A stretch of 48,041 bases of DNA from Parcubacteria group bacterium (GTDB lineage: Bacteria; Patescibacteriota; Minisyncoccia; Phycocordibacterales; CSBR16-119), in contig CALRFT010000006.1 of NCBI GenBank assembly GCA_943356745.1, positions 1 to 48,041 on the forward strand. The letters run 5' to 3'. This document shows, one piece after another, positions 1 to 7,830 of the stretch. Position numbers and translations under genes: made by a program. The notes under the pieces are model-generated. The model was not told the DNA's origin, did not search any database, and worked only from the letters and a program-made list of their open reading frames with translations. The first letter of the stretch is position 1. Each line of letters begins with the position of its first letter.

Positions 1-1743
1 ATTTTTATACTCTTTTCTTTTTTCTTTGCGTCTTTCGCATATGCAGAAAATATTGACCCAGCAGATGCTGGTAATGATTTTGCGGTGCTTGAGTTTGATG
101 ATTCCCAAATATCTTTTGATTGTACTTCTTGTAATGTTGAAGTAACTGATTCTGAAATTACAGGATATGCTTGGGGAGAAAACACTGGTTGGATCAATCT
201 TCAGCCTGGATCTTCTGGAGTTTTAAATGACGGTAATGGAAACCTTTCGGGATATGCTTGGGGAGAAAACACTGGTTGGATAAATTTCGAACCAACTTTC
301 GGAGGGGTTTCTATTGTTGACGGAGAATTTGACGGATATGCTTGGAGTGAAAATTATGGATGGATTCAATTTGATTGTGGGATTTCTGGTGCGTGTGTTG
401 AAACAAGTTGGCAGCCTGCAGGTGAGGAACCAGGAGGGGGTGGTGGAGGTGGGGGGTCTGGAGGAAGTAATCCAAATCCAGTAGATCCAATCCCAGGTTG
501 TACAGATAACGCTGCTTTGAATTTTAATTTGCAAGCAAATCAAAATGATGGAAGCTGTATTTTCCCAGCAGATACTATTTTTGGTTGTACTGTGAGTGAG
601 GCTCTCAATTACAACCCTAATGCTGATATAGATGATAATTCATGCCAGTTTGGTCAGGTGGAAACTCCAGATAATCCAGAAGATGATGACGGTGAAAACC
701 CTTTTGATTTACCAAATGAAGATACTGATCCGGAAAGTGAAGATGACCAAAACGGAGAATCTCTCGGGGGTTCTTCTCAAAATGAAGAGGGAAATAATAA
801 TACCTTTATTCCAAATTACACTTTTTCAAAAATTGATGTAGAGGAGGCTTCAAAAATAATCCCAATAATTCTTCTTGGTCTTTCTTTGCTTTCTATACCA
901 TTTCAACAACTACTTCAAGTTCCATCTCGAGCGGCTCAACTTATCTTCTCTTGGTTTGGAATTGGAAAGAAAAAAACATGGGGAGTGGTTTTTGATTCAA
1001 TGACAAAACAAGCTCTTGACCCTGTTGTTGTTGCATTGAAAGATATGCAGGGAAAAATAGTTCAAACCTCAATCACAGACATGGAGGGAAGGTTTGGATT
1101 TATTACAAGCCCTGGATTATATAGTTTGGAAGCACATAAGGCAGACTACACTTTCCCATCTCAAAAACTTGCTGGAAAAACTGGAGATGGATTGTATGAC
1201 GACTTGTATTTCGGTGGAACATTTCAAGTATTAGAAGAGGGGGAAATTATTACAAAAAATATTCCTCTCGATGCTGTAAACTTTAACTGGAACGAATATG
1301 AAAAAGCTCGTCTTGGAATCGGACACAAAAAAACTTTGTGGGAGAAAATTCAAAAATACGGAACCGCAATATTTGCTTTTGGATTCACCTTATCAATTGT
1401 CGCTGTGTTTATCCTCCCAACAATTTGGAACTATATCGTTCTCGGTTTGTATATTGTTGCGGGAATTCTTCAAATGCTTGGACTTCCAAAACATTCAGGA
1501 AAAGTTACAAGAAATGGACAACCACTTTCTTTTGGTGTGATGAGAGTATTTTCAAATTCACTCAAAAAAGAAATGAAAAAAGTTGTAATAGATAATCTTG
1601 GTAACTACTATTGTCTCATTAGAAGCGGGGAGTACTATGTAACATTTGAACAAAGAAATGAAGATGGTACATATGGGCTTGTCTATACTTCAGAACCATT
1701 TAAGGTTCGAAATGGTTCAATCCGTAAAAAATTTAATATTTAA
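1..1743 (+). CDS. Secreted/membrane-anchored mosaic surface protein, 5'-truncated by the window edge
   Basis: Frame 1 is open from base 1 (IFILFSFFFASFAYA|ENIDP..., the end of a signal peptide), so the start lies upstream of the window, not at 85. It has three GYAW(G/S)ENxGWI repeats, a Gly linker, two GCT-x3-ALN(F/Y)N-x2-A-x2-D-x-SC repeats, an acidic linker, TM segments and carboxypeptidase-regulatory-like beta domains (TSITDMEGRFGF..PGLYSLEAHK). Confidence 0.75.
   Translation: MFILFSFFFASFAYAENIDPADAGNDFAVLEFDDSQISFDCTSCNVEVTDSEITGYAWGENTGWINLQPGSSGVLNDGNGNLSGYAWGENTGWINFEPTFGGVSIVDGEFDGYAWSENYGWIQFDCGISGACVETSWQPAGEEPGGGGGGGGSGGSNPNPVDPIPGCTDNAALNFNLQANQNDGSCIFPADTIFGCTVSEALNYNPNADIDDNSCQFGQVETPDNPEDDDGENPFDLPNEDTDPESEDDQNGESLGGSSQNEEGNNNTFIPNYTFSKIDVEEASKIIPIILLGLSLLSIPFQQLLQVPSRAAQLIFSWFGIGKKKTWGVVFDSMTKQALDPVVVALKDMQGKIVQTSITDMEGRFGFITSPGLYSLEAHKADYTFPSQKLAGKTGDGLYDDLYFGGTFQVLEEGEIITKNIPLDAVNFNWNEYEKARLGIGHKKTLWEKIQKYGTAIFAFGFTLSIVAVFILPTIWNYIVLGLYIVAGILQMLGLPKHSGKVTRNGQPLSFGVMRVFSNSLKKEMKKVVIDNLGNYYCLIRSGEYYVTFEQRNEDGTYGLVYTSEPFKVRNGSIRKKFNI
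163..281 (+). repeat. 32-bp exact intragenic direct repeat (163-194 and 250-281) encoding GYAWGENTGWI; diverged third copy at about 334-365
   Basis: ggatatgcttggggagaaaacactggttggat is identical in both copies. Confidence 0.9.
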
Positions 1744-1747
1744 AAAT

Positions 1748-1787
1748 AAAAACAAACCCATCTGTTGAAAAGGTGGGTTTGTTTTTT
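1748..1787 (+). terminator. Intrinsic terminator-like hairpin
   Basis: AAAAACAAACCCATCT-gttgaaa-AGGTGGGTTTGTTTTT directly after the stop. Confidence 0.75.
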
Positions 1788-1803
1788 GGTACAATACAAA
1801 GAC

Positions 1804-4620
1804 ATGAAGAGGAATTTTCTCTACATACTTATACTTCTTCTCTCTCTCACTTTTTATACAAAAAGTGTTTTTGCTGTACCACCAGCAGGAGGATATGAAC
1901 CAGGGGAAACACTTGATCCAAACTGTGCTCCGGGGGATGCAGATTGTATTGTGACTCCACTCATTGCTCAAGATGAAGGAGTGGATCTTTCAGGTAATGT
2001 TCTCAAATTAAACTTCACAGGTGATGGAGTTTCTTCAAGTATTTCAAGTGGAGTGGTGACAGTGAATGTGCCAGGAGGGCCAATAGAAGAACTTTTTCCT
2101 GGAGGGCAGTTTGGCCAAGGTTCAACTCTTTCTAGTACAGGAGTCGGTGCTGCTACAGGTACTAGTATAGGAGGTAATGTTTATTTAGGTTGGCAAGCAG
2201 GGCATAGCGAGCTAAATTCTGGTTACGGTAATACAGCGGTTGGAAGCAAAGCTGGTTCGAGTCTGTTTTTCTCTGGAATAGCAATTGGTCTTAATGCTGG
2301 AGGTGATGGAGACATTGCACCTCCTTTTGGTGATGGAAATGGACAAAATGGAGGTGTCTTTATTGGTCAAGGTGCTGGAAATACAGCTAGAGCAGTTGAT
2401 GGTATTGGTATTGGGGACGGTGCATTAAGACAGGCTTCTAGAATGACAAATGTTATTGCAATTGGTGAACGCGCAGGTTCCAACATAGCACTCACAAAAT
2501 CAACTAACCCTACCTCAAACTCTATCATGATTGGAGATGATACATATCACGGAGGTTTCTCAAACTCAATTGCCCTTGGTACAAACGCTGAAAATACTGC
2601 GCCTAACCAACTTCTTTTAGCTAGTTCGTACACAAACCTATCTCTCAGAGGTGTTAATTATGTTTTACCTGGAAGTGGTGGCGGAGCAGGTACTGTTCTA
2701 ACAAACGATGGTTCAAATAATCTTTCTTGGTCTGCAATTCCTGATAGTAATAATATAACACCTTCGCTCACTCTTCAGTCAACTTTCGAGCTACCTCAAT
2801 CATATTTGAATCTTCTTGGATATAAAGAATCCCTTTTCTTAAAATCTAGTAATCAATTTACAGCTATTGATGTTTCAAATCCTTATTTGCCAAATATTAT
2901 AGATTCAGAAACTCTTACTAGTTCTTCAGGGAATTCTGGCGCTATGGATATTGATACTAATACTGCCGTAGTTTCTACTGGGGATAATATAGATATATTT
3001 GATATATCAAACACATCAAATATAGTAAAGACAGATACTCTATCAATTACAGAGCCATATGATATTAAAATATACGGTCAATATGTTTATGTGCTACATA
3101 ACTCTGTTTCAAATACACTTTCAGTTGTAGATATTTCAGATAAACAAAATGTCTCTATTGTTAATACAGTTTCATTATCTTTTAGTTCACCTCGAATTAT
3201 TTCGTTAGAAAATGACACAATGGTAATTGGAGATCTGGGAGAAATTCAAATCATTGATGTTTCAAACTCATCAGATCCAGTTCATGTTGAGACTTCAAAT
3301 AATCTTGGGTCTTCGTATTTTTTTAACAATGCTACAATCGACGGTAACTATGCTTATGTTAGTTATAACGATGGTGTAACTCTTGAGTTAAGAGTTGTAG
3401 ATATTTCAGATATTTCTAATATAGTTAATTATTATTCCGTAGAAACAGGAGGTGTATTCTTGGTGAGACTTGAAAAACAAGGAGATTATTTGATTGCCAC
3501 TGGCTATGGATCTGGATCTGCGACTATTAATATGTTGAATATAGAAGATCCTGACAATGTTTCTCTTGTGTCATCTATTAATGCAGATACCGATGAACTT
3601 ACAGGAACTGCTATAATTGGAAATAGGGTATTTACAGCTGATGTTGTTGAGGTTACAAATAATTTGTATACATATAATATTGGAGGTATTAAAACACCCT
3701 CGATTATTTCATCTGTCATAAAAGCTGGTGATATTACAGCACAGAAAATAATTTCAAATTTTGCTAAGATAGATAATGCACTTTCGGTGGGGCAGGGTGG
3801 TATAATCTCCTCTGGATTAATGAGTATTTCTCCGAATTTTTCTACAGATCAAATTGCATTAAGAGCAGGAAGTTCATTTGTAACTGATGGAACTGCGATT
3901 CTTCGACTTCAAGATGCAAACAGTACTTGTGATTTTGATGCTGATACTGGATCTCCAACTTGCGGATCTGATGAAACACTTAAGAAAAATATTTCTTCAA
4001 TAGAAGGTTCACTTTCAAAAGTTTTAGGTCTTCGACCTGCAAACTATAATTGGCTTACTGAAGAAGATGAGGCACCACTTCAACATGGATTTATTGCACA
4101 AGAAGTAGAGGTAGTATTTCCTCATTTGGTAAGTGAAAATACTTGGATTGATGGAACAACAAGAAAGTTCTTGAACACCGGAGGAATGATTCCATACATT
4201 GTCGGTGCAATCAAAGATATGTATACAGAATTTAAGACAAATTTTGTGACGAAGCGTGTTCAGGTTGAAGAAGAGATTTGTTTTGATGATGTGTGTTTGG
4301 ATAAAGAAAAAGTTCTTGAGCTTTTGAATGAATCAAATATAAGTTCATCATCAAATTATAATCAAGATCAAGAAGAGGGTCAGGTGATTGAATCTTCCGA
4401 AAATAATTCAACCCTACAAAACCAAACCTCTTTATCTGAAGAACAAACACAAGAAGAAACATCAGTAAACACTGAAGTAGACACAGAAGAGCAGGTCACA
4501 AACCAAAACCTTGTAGAAAAACTACTAGAAGAACAACCAGCTCCAACAGAAAAACAAACTACAGAGGAAACTGAAAATGGCTCAGTAGAAGAAACAATTG
4601 CCCAGCAAACTACTGAATAA
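1804..4620 (+). CDS. Secreted fibre/adhesin-like protein with Gly-rich head repeats, LVIVD-like repeats and a peptidase S74 intramolecular chaperone domain
   Basis: ATG at 1804 begins a signal peptide (MKRNFLY...SVFA|V); the 1765 start lies inside the terminator. YadA-head-like xxIGxxAG repeats, LSVVDIS/LRVVDIS/IQIIDVS repeats, the S74 motifs CGSDETLKKNI and GFIAQEVEVVFPHLV, and an acidic tail are present. Confidence 0.75.
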   Translation: MKRNFLYILILLLSLTFYTKSVFAVPPAGGYEPGETLDPNCAPGDADCIVTPLIAQDEGVDLSGNVLKLNFTGDGVSSSISSGVVTVNVPGGPIEELFPGGQFGQGSTLSSTGVGAATGTSIGGNVYLGWQAGHSELNSGYGNTAVGSKAGSSLFFSGIAIGLNAGGDGDIAPPFGDGNGQNGGVFIGQGAGNTARAVDGIGIGDGALRQASRMTNVIAIGERAGSNIALTKSTNPTSNSIMIGDDTYHGGFSNSIALGTNAENTAPNQLLLASSYTNLSLRGVNYVLPGSGGGAGTVLTNDGSNNLSWSAIPDSNNITPSLTLQSTFELPQSYLNLLGYKESLFLKSSNQFTAIDVSNPYLPNIIDSETLTSSSGNSGAMDIDTNTAVVSTGDNIDIFDISNTSNIVKTDTLSITEPYDIKIYGQYVYVLHNSVSNTLSVVDISDKQNVSIVNTVSLSFSSPRIISLENDTMVIGDLGEIQIIDVSNSSDPVHVETSNNLGSSYFFNNATIDGNYAYVSYNDGVTLELRVVDISDISNIVNYYSVETGGVFLVRLEKQGDYLIATGYGSGSATINMLNIEDPDNVSLVSSINADTDELTGTAIIGNRVFTADVVEVTNNLYTYNIGGIKTPSIISSVIKAGDITAQKIISNFAKIDNALSVGQGGIISSGLMSISPNFSTDQIALRAGSSFVTDGTAILRLQDANSTCDFDADTGSPTCGSDETLKKNISSIEGSLSKVLGLRPANYNWLTEEDEAPLQHGFIAQEVEVVFPHLVSENTWIDGTTRKFLNTGGMIPYIVGAIKDMYTEFKTNFVTKRVQVEEEICFDDVCLDKEKVLELLNESNISSSSNYNQDQEEGQVIESSENNSTLQNQTSLSEEQTQEETSVNTEVDTEEQVTNQNLVEKLLEEQPAPTEKQTTEETENGSVEETIAQQTTE

Positions 4621-4639
4621 AATTCTTCATAGTGTGACA

Positions 4640-4672
4640 AGAAAAACCCCTACTAAACTAAGGGCTTTTTCT
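4640..4672 (+). terminator. Weak terminator-like hairpin
   Basis: AGAAAAACCCCT-actaaacta-AGGGCTTTTTCT (imperfect). Confidence 0.5.
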
Positions 4673-4686
4673 GTAATTAGAAATAA

Positions 4687-4757
4687 CTTGCATTTTTCTG
4701 TATATATTGTATTATTTAAATAAATTAAAACCCAAAAAAATGAAAAAGTTCTTTGTT
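4687..4757 (+). promoter_or_regulatory. Sigma70-like promoter, A-rich leader and start; copy 1 of a duplicated expression module
   Basis: TTGCAT(4688)-N16-TATTAT(4710) followed by aaaacccaaaaaaATGAAAAAGTTCTTTGTT; 63/72 identical to 7759-7830 by manual alignment. Confidence 0.7.
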
Positions 4758-5453
4758 TCTATCGTATTATGTTTCTCTTGCGTCTTTGTTCGAGGGCAAG
4801 ATACATGCCTTGTTGAAAATATGGAAGTTGTGGGAAGTCTTGGCGGTGCTTGGCTTCGTCAATCCTTCACTCTTGCAGAAGATATTTCTCATCCCCATAT
4901 TTCTATGCCGATTTATGCACCAATCACAACTTTTATGGTCCGAATCAGTTTGTATCAAGGAAGTGTCTGGGATCAAAATCCTACCTTGCTTGGTGAGATA
5001 GTGCAAGGGCCTGTTGTAGCAAATCCAAATAGCTGGTGGCCAGATATTCCATGGTTTGGAATATCTGTACCAAATATCACTTTGTATGCTGGGCAGCAGT
5101 ATTTCATAGAAATACAAGATGATGCCGAGGATATTAGTGTGTTTTCTTTTGGACAAGCTGGATTTGATGATCTTTTTCCTGGAGGAGAACAGCGTGATCC
5201 ATTCACAAATCAAATCACTACTAATGTATGGTTTTCTGATATCGCAATACGAATCAGTGGAACCTGCGGTGAAGCATGTCTTGGAGATATTAACCAAGAC
5301 GGTATTGTCGGGATAGCCGACATTATGATTGTGCTCAACACCTTTAGTTGTGTTGGTGCGAACTGTGGTCTCTCGGACTTGGATGGCAACGGTGTTGTCG
5401 GCGCATCAGATCTTCTTCTCATTATGAATCTCTTTGGAGAATCATGTAATTAA
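4740..5453 (+). CDS. Secreted protein with C-terminal dockerin-like (double EF-hand) domain
   Basis: Signal peptide MKKFFVSIVLCFSCVFVRG|Q from ATG 4740; C-terminal CLGDINQDGIVGIADI...SDLDGNGVVGASDLL...FGESC. Confidence 0.7.
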   Translation: MKKFFVSIVLCFSCVFVRGQDTCLVENMEVVGSLGGAWLRQSFTLAEDISHPHISMPIYAPITTFMVRISLYQGSVWDQNPTLLGEIVQGPVVANPNSWWPDIPWFGISVPNITLYAGQQYFIEIQDDAEDISVFSFGQAGFDDLFPGGEQRDPFTNQITTNVWFSDIAIRISGTCGEACLGDINQDGIVGIADIMIVLNTFSCVGANCGLSDLDGNGVVGASDLLLIMNLFGESCN

Positions 5454-5459
5454 AAAAGT

Positions 5460-5491
5460 AATCCCCATTTCTTACGAAATGGGGATTTTTT
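5460..5491 (+). terminator. Intrinsic terminator
   Basis: AATCCCCATTTC-ttac-GAAATGGGGATT-TTTT. Confidence 0.8.
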
Positions 5492-5512
5492 AGTGTATAA
5501 TTTGTATACAGT

Positions 5513-7708
5513 ATGCGTAAAATTTACATAGCTATCATAGCTTTTTTTGGTATTGTGGGATTTGCTCATGGTGTTTTTGCTGCGCCGCCAACTGGTGGCT
5601 ACACTCCAGGACAAACACTCGACCCAAACTGTGCTCCGGGGGATACTGACTGTGTTGTAACCCTAACTCCATCTCCATGGGAAGTTTCTGGATCTAACAT
5701 TTTCTACGATGCAGGTAATGTTGGGATTGGGACAAGCAACCCTGGATCTGCAAATTTTATGGTTGTTGGTGATAGTCTCTTTAGAGGTCGGGCTGATTTT
5801 GAGGGATTATCAGGATCTTCTACTGTAATTTCCTCTGGTATTCTTGGTACTGAGGGTGGTTTGTATGCTTCCTCTGGCGATCAGCAAATAGCAACCTATG
5901 ACGAGCTTACTAGTTTCTACAGATATGCAAACGGTGCTTTAGTGTATGATGAAAACAATAATGAATTTACTCAAACAGGTTTGAGTAAATTTACCAGAGG
6001 TAGTGCAACTGGAACTTATTTATCTGCTGAGATTCTTGAAACAGAGGCAGGACTTTACAGTGCGGTTGCAGATCAACAAATAGCAACGTATGACGAAATT
6101 TCAAACAGGTATACTTATGCCAATGGGGCATTACAATACAACGCAGACACTGGATTTTTAGGTGTTGATGGAATATCCACATTCGAACTTATCGCTGGTG
6201 GAAATGTATCTTTTTATACTGAAGGCTTAGGGATCAATGCCAATACAGTACACCCTTCAGCCGTGCTCGATATTTCTTCTACGACCCAAGGTTTACTTGC
6301 TCCACGAATGACGACGGTTCAAAGAAATGCCATAGCATCACCTGCAACAGGTCTTTTGGTGTACAACACCACAGACAATGCTTTTAATTTCTATAATGGA
6401 ATATCTTGGACAACATTCGGGGGCGGTAGTAGTTTGATTGGATCTACTAGTCAAATCAATCCAGGTGCTATATTCGAAACTTTTCTTGGGGAAGAGGCGG
6501 GAAGTGTCGGTGATATGGAATCAGCTGTGGCTGTTGGTTGGAGGGCAGGTAAAAGTAATACAGATTCTGGGGGAGTTTTTATTGGTGGAGAAGCGGGATA
6601 TACTCCAAATTCTGGTGATCTTTTCACTTCTACAATAGTTGGTCTTCGAGCAGGATATGAATCAGAAGGAGACATTACAGCTTTTGGAGAGCTTGCAGGT
6701 AGTGGTGTAAGTATGCCAAATGGAAATTATGGAACATTTGTGGGTTATGCAGCAGGTTCTGATGCAACCAATGCCAGTGATTCTGTTTTTATAGGAAGTG
6801 GTGCAGGTTCTTCAGCAGCTAGTGCACGAAATAGTATTTTTATTGGTGCAAATGCTGGCACTGCTGATTTTGTTGATAATACCACTTCAGAATATTCTAT
6901 CCTTATTGGTAAAAATACTTCTACTGGAAACTTTTCAAACTCGATTGCTCTTGGTTTCAGTGCTGCAAACACCGCCTCAAATCAATTCCTTATCGGTAAT
7001 AGTACCTCAAGCCCTATCAATACTACTCGTATCAACGGTAGTGCAGGTACTCAATGTACCATCACCACGGGGACAGGTATCGCGTGTACTTCAGATGAAA
7101 GGCTGAAGGATAATATACAAAGTATAGAGGATGGTATTCTAGAAAAGATACAAGGATTAGATGCTGTGACCTATACATGGAGTCAGGATGAAAATAGTAC
7201 AACTCAAATAGGATTTCTTGCTCAGCAATTGGAAACAATCTTCCCTGAACTAGTAGCCACAGACAGTGAAGGATACAAATCTGTATTTTACTCACAAATG
7301 GTACCAATACTCACTAAGGGGATACAAGAGATATATGAATTAGTGGAAGGAATATTTGAAAATCTGGAAACACAAAGAGTTCAGACAGAAGAACTCTGTG
7401 TCGGCTCAACATGTATTACTGAAGAGCAATTTTTGGAAGTGTTTGGTTCAACAGGGCAATCTGGTTATGTTGAACAAAACAGTCAGGAGCAAAATGAAGT
7501 AATGCAAGATAATCAAAATTCTGAAAATCAACAAATTGTACCTGAGGAGAATAATGAAGCATTAGACCAATCTCAGAATCAAGAAAATAACCCAGAAATC
7601 ACTTTAACTGAAACAGAATCTTCACAAGAGGAAGCTGAAATTCAGCTCATGGAAGAAACAACCCAAGAGGGAGATATGCAAAATATCGAACCTTCTAATA
7701 TTGAATAA
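5513..7708 (+). CDS. Second secreted fibre/adhesin-like protein with a peptidase S74 chaperone domain
   Basis: Signal peptide and the same N-terminal PPxGGYxPGxTLDPNCAPGDxDC motif as 1804..4620. It also has GNVGIGT, SAVLDISSTTQGLLAPRMTTVQRNAIASPATGLLVYNT, xxIGxxAG repeats, the S74 motifs CTSDERLKDNI and GFLAQQLETIFPELV, and an acidic tail. Confidence 0.75.
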   Translation: MRKIYIAIIAFFGIVGFAHGVFAAPPTGGYTPGQTLDPNCAPGDTDCVVTLTPSPWEVSGSNIFYDAGNVGIGTSNPGSANFMVVGDSLFRGRADFEGLSGSSTVISSGILGTEGGLYASSGDQQIATYDELTSFYRYANGALVYDENNNEFTQTGLSKFTRGSATGTYLSAEILETEAGLYSAVADQQIATYDEISNRYTYANGALQYNADTGFLGVDGISTFELIAGGNVSFYTEGLGINANTVHPSAVLDISSTTQGLLAPRMTTVQRNAIASPATGLLVYNTTDNAFNFYNGISWTTFGGGSSLIGSTSQINPGAIFETFLGEEAGSVGDMESAVAVGWRAGKSNTDSGGVFIGGEAGYTPNSGDLFTSTIVGLRAGYESEGDITAFGELAGSGVSMPNGNYGTFVGYAAGSDATNASDSVFIGSGAGSSAASARNSIFIGANAGTADFVDNTTSEYSILIGKNTSTGNFSNSIALGFSAANTASNQFLIGNSTSSPINTTRINGSAGTQCTITTGTGIACTSDERLKDNIQSIEDGILEKIQGLDAVTYTWSQDENSTTQIGFLAQQLETIFPELVATDSEGYKSVFYSQMVPILTKGIQEIYELVEGIFENLETQRVQTEELCVGSTCITEEQFLEVFGSTGQSGYVEQNSQEQNEVMQDNQNSENQQIVPEENNEALDQSQNQENNPEITLTETESSQEEAEIQLMEETTQEGDMQNIEPSNIE

Positions 7709-7712
7709 GTCT

Positions 7713-7745
7713 ACAAAAAGCCCGCTTTTGAGTGGGCTTTTTTGT
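7713..7745 (+). terminator. Intrinsic terminator
   Basis: ACAAAAAGCCCGCT-tttg-AGTGGGCTTTTTTGT. Confidence 0.8.
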
Positions 7746-7758
7746 TTGTTTTAAAAAG

Positions 7759-7830
7759 CTTGCATTTTTATTTTTATATTGTATAATGTAGCTAAATCAA
7801 AACCCAAAAAAAATGAAAAAGTTCTTTGTT
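7759..7830 (+). promoter_or_regulatory. Sigma70-like promoter, A-rich leader and start; copy 2 of the duplicated expression module
   Basis: TTGCAT(7760)-N16-TATAAT(7782) followed by aaaacccaaaaaaaATGAAAAAGTTCTTTGTT. Confidence 0.75.

Noticed and set aside
163-365. CRISPR-like 32-bp repeats
   Set aside because: The repeats are in-frame coding sequence, there are only two exact copies, and no cas genes are present.
433-466. G-rich tract as a phase-variation or G-quadruplex site
   Set aside because: It is explained by a poly-Gly linker, and the G runs are short (6 or fewer) and in frame.
1804-7708. Prophage interpretation of the S74 tail-fibre-like genes
   Set aside because: Both have Sec signal peptides, and there are no capsid, terminase, integrase or other phage genes in the window.
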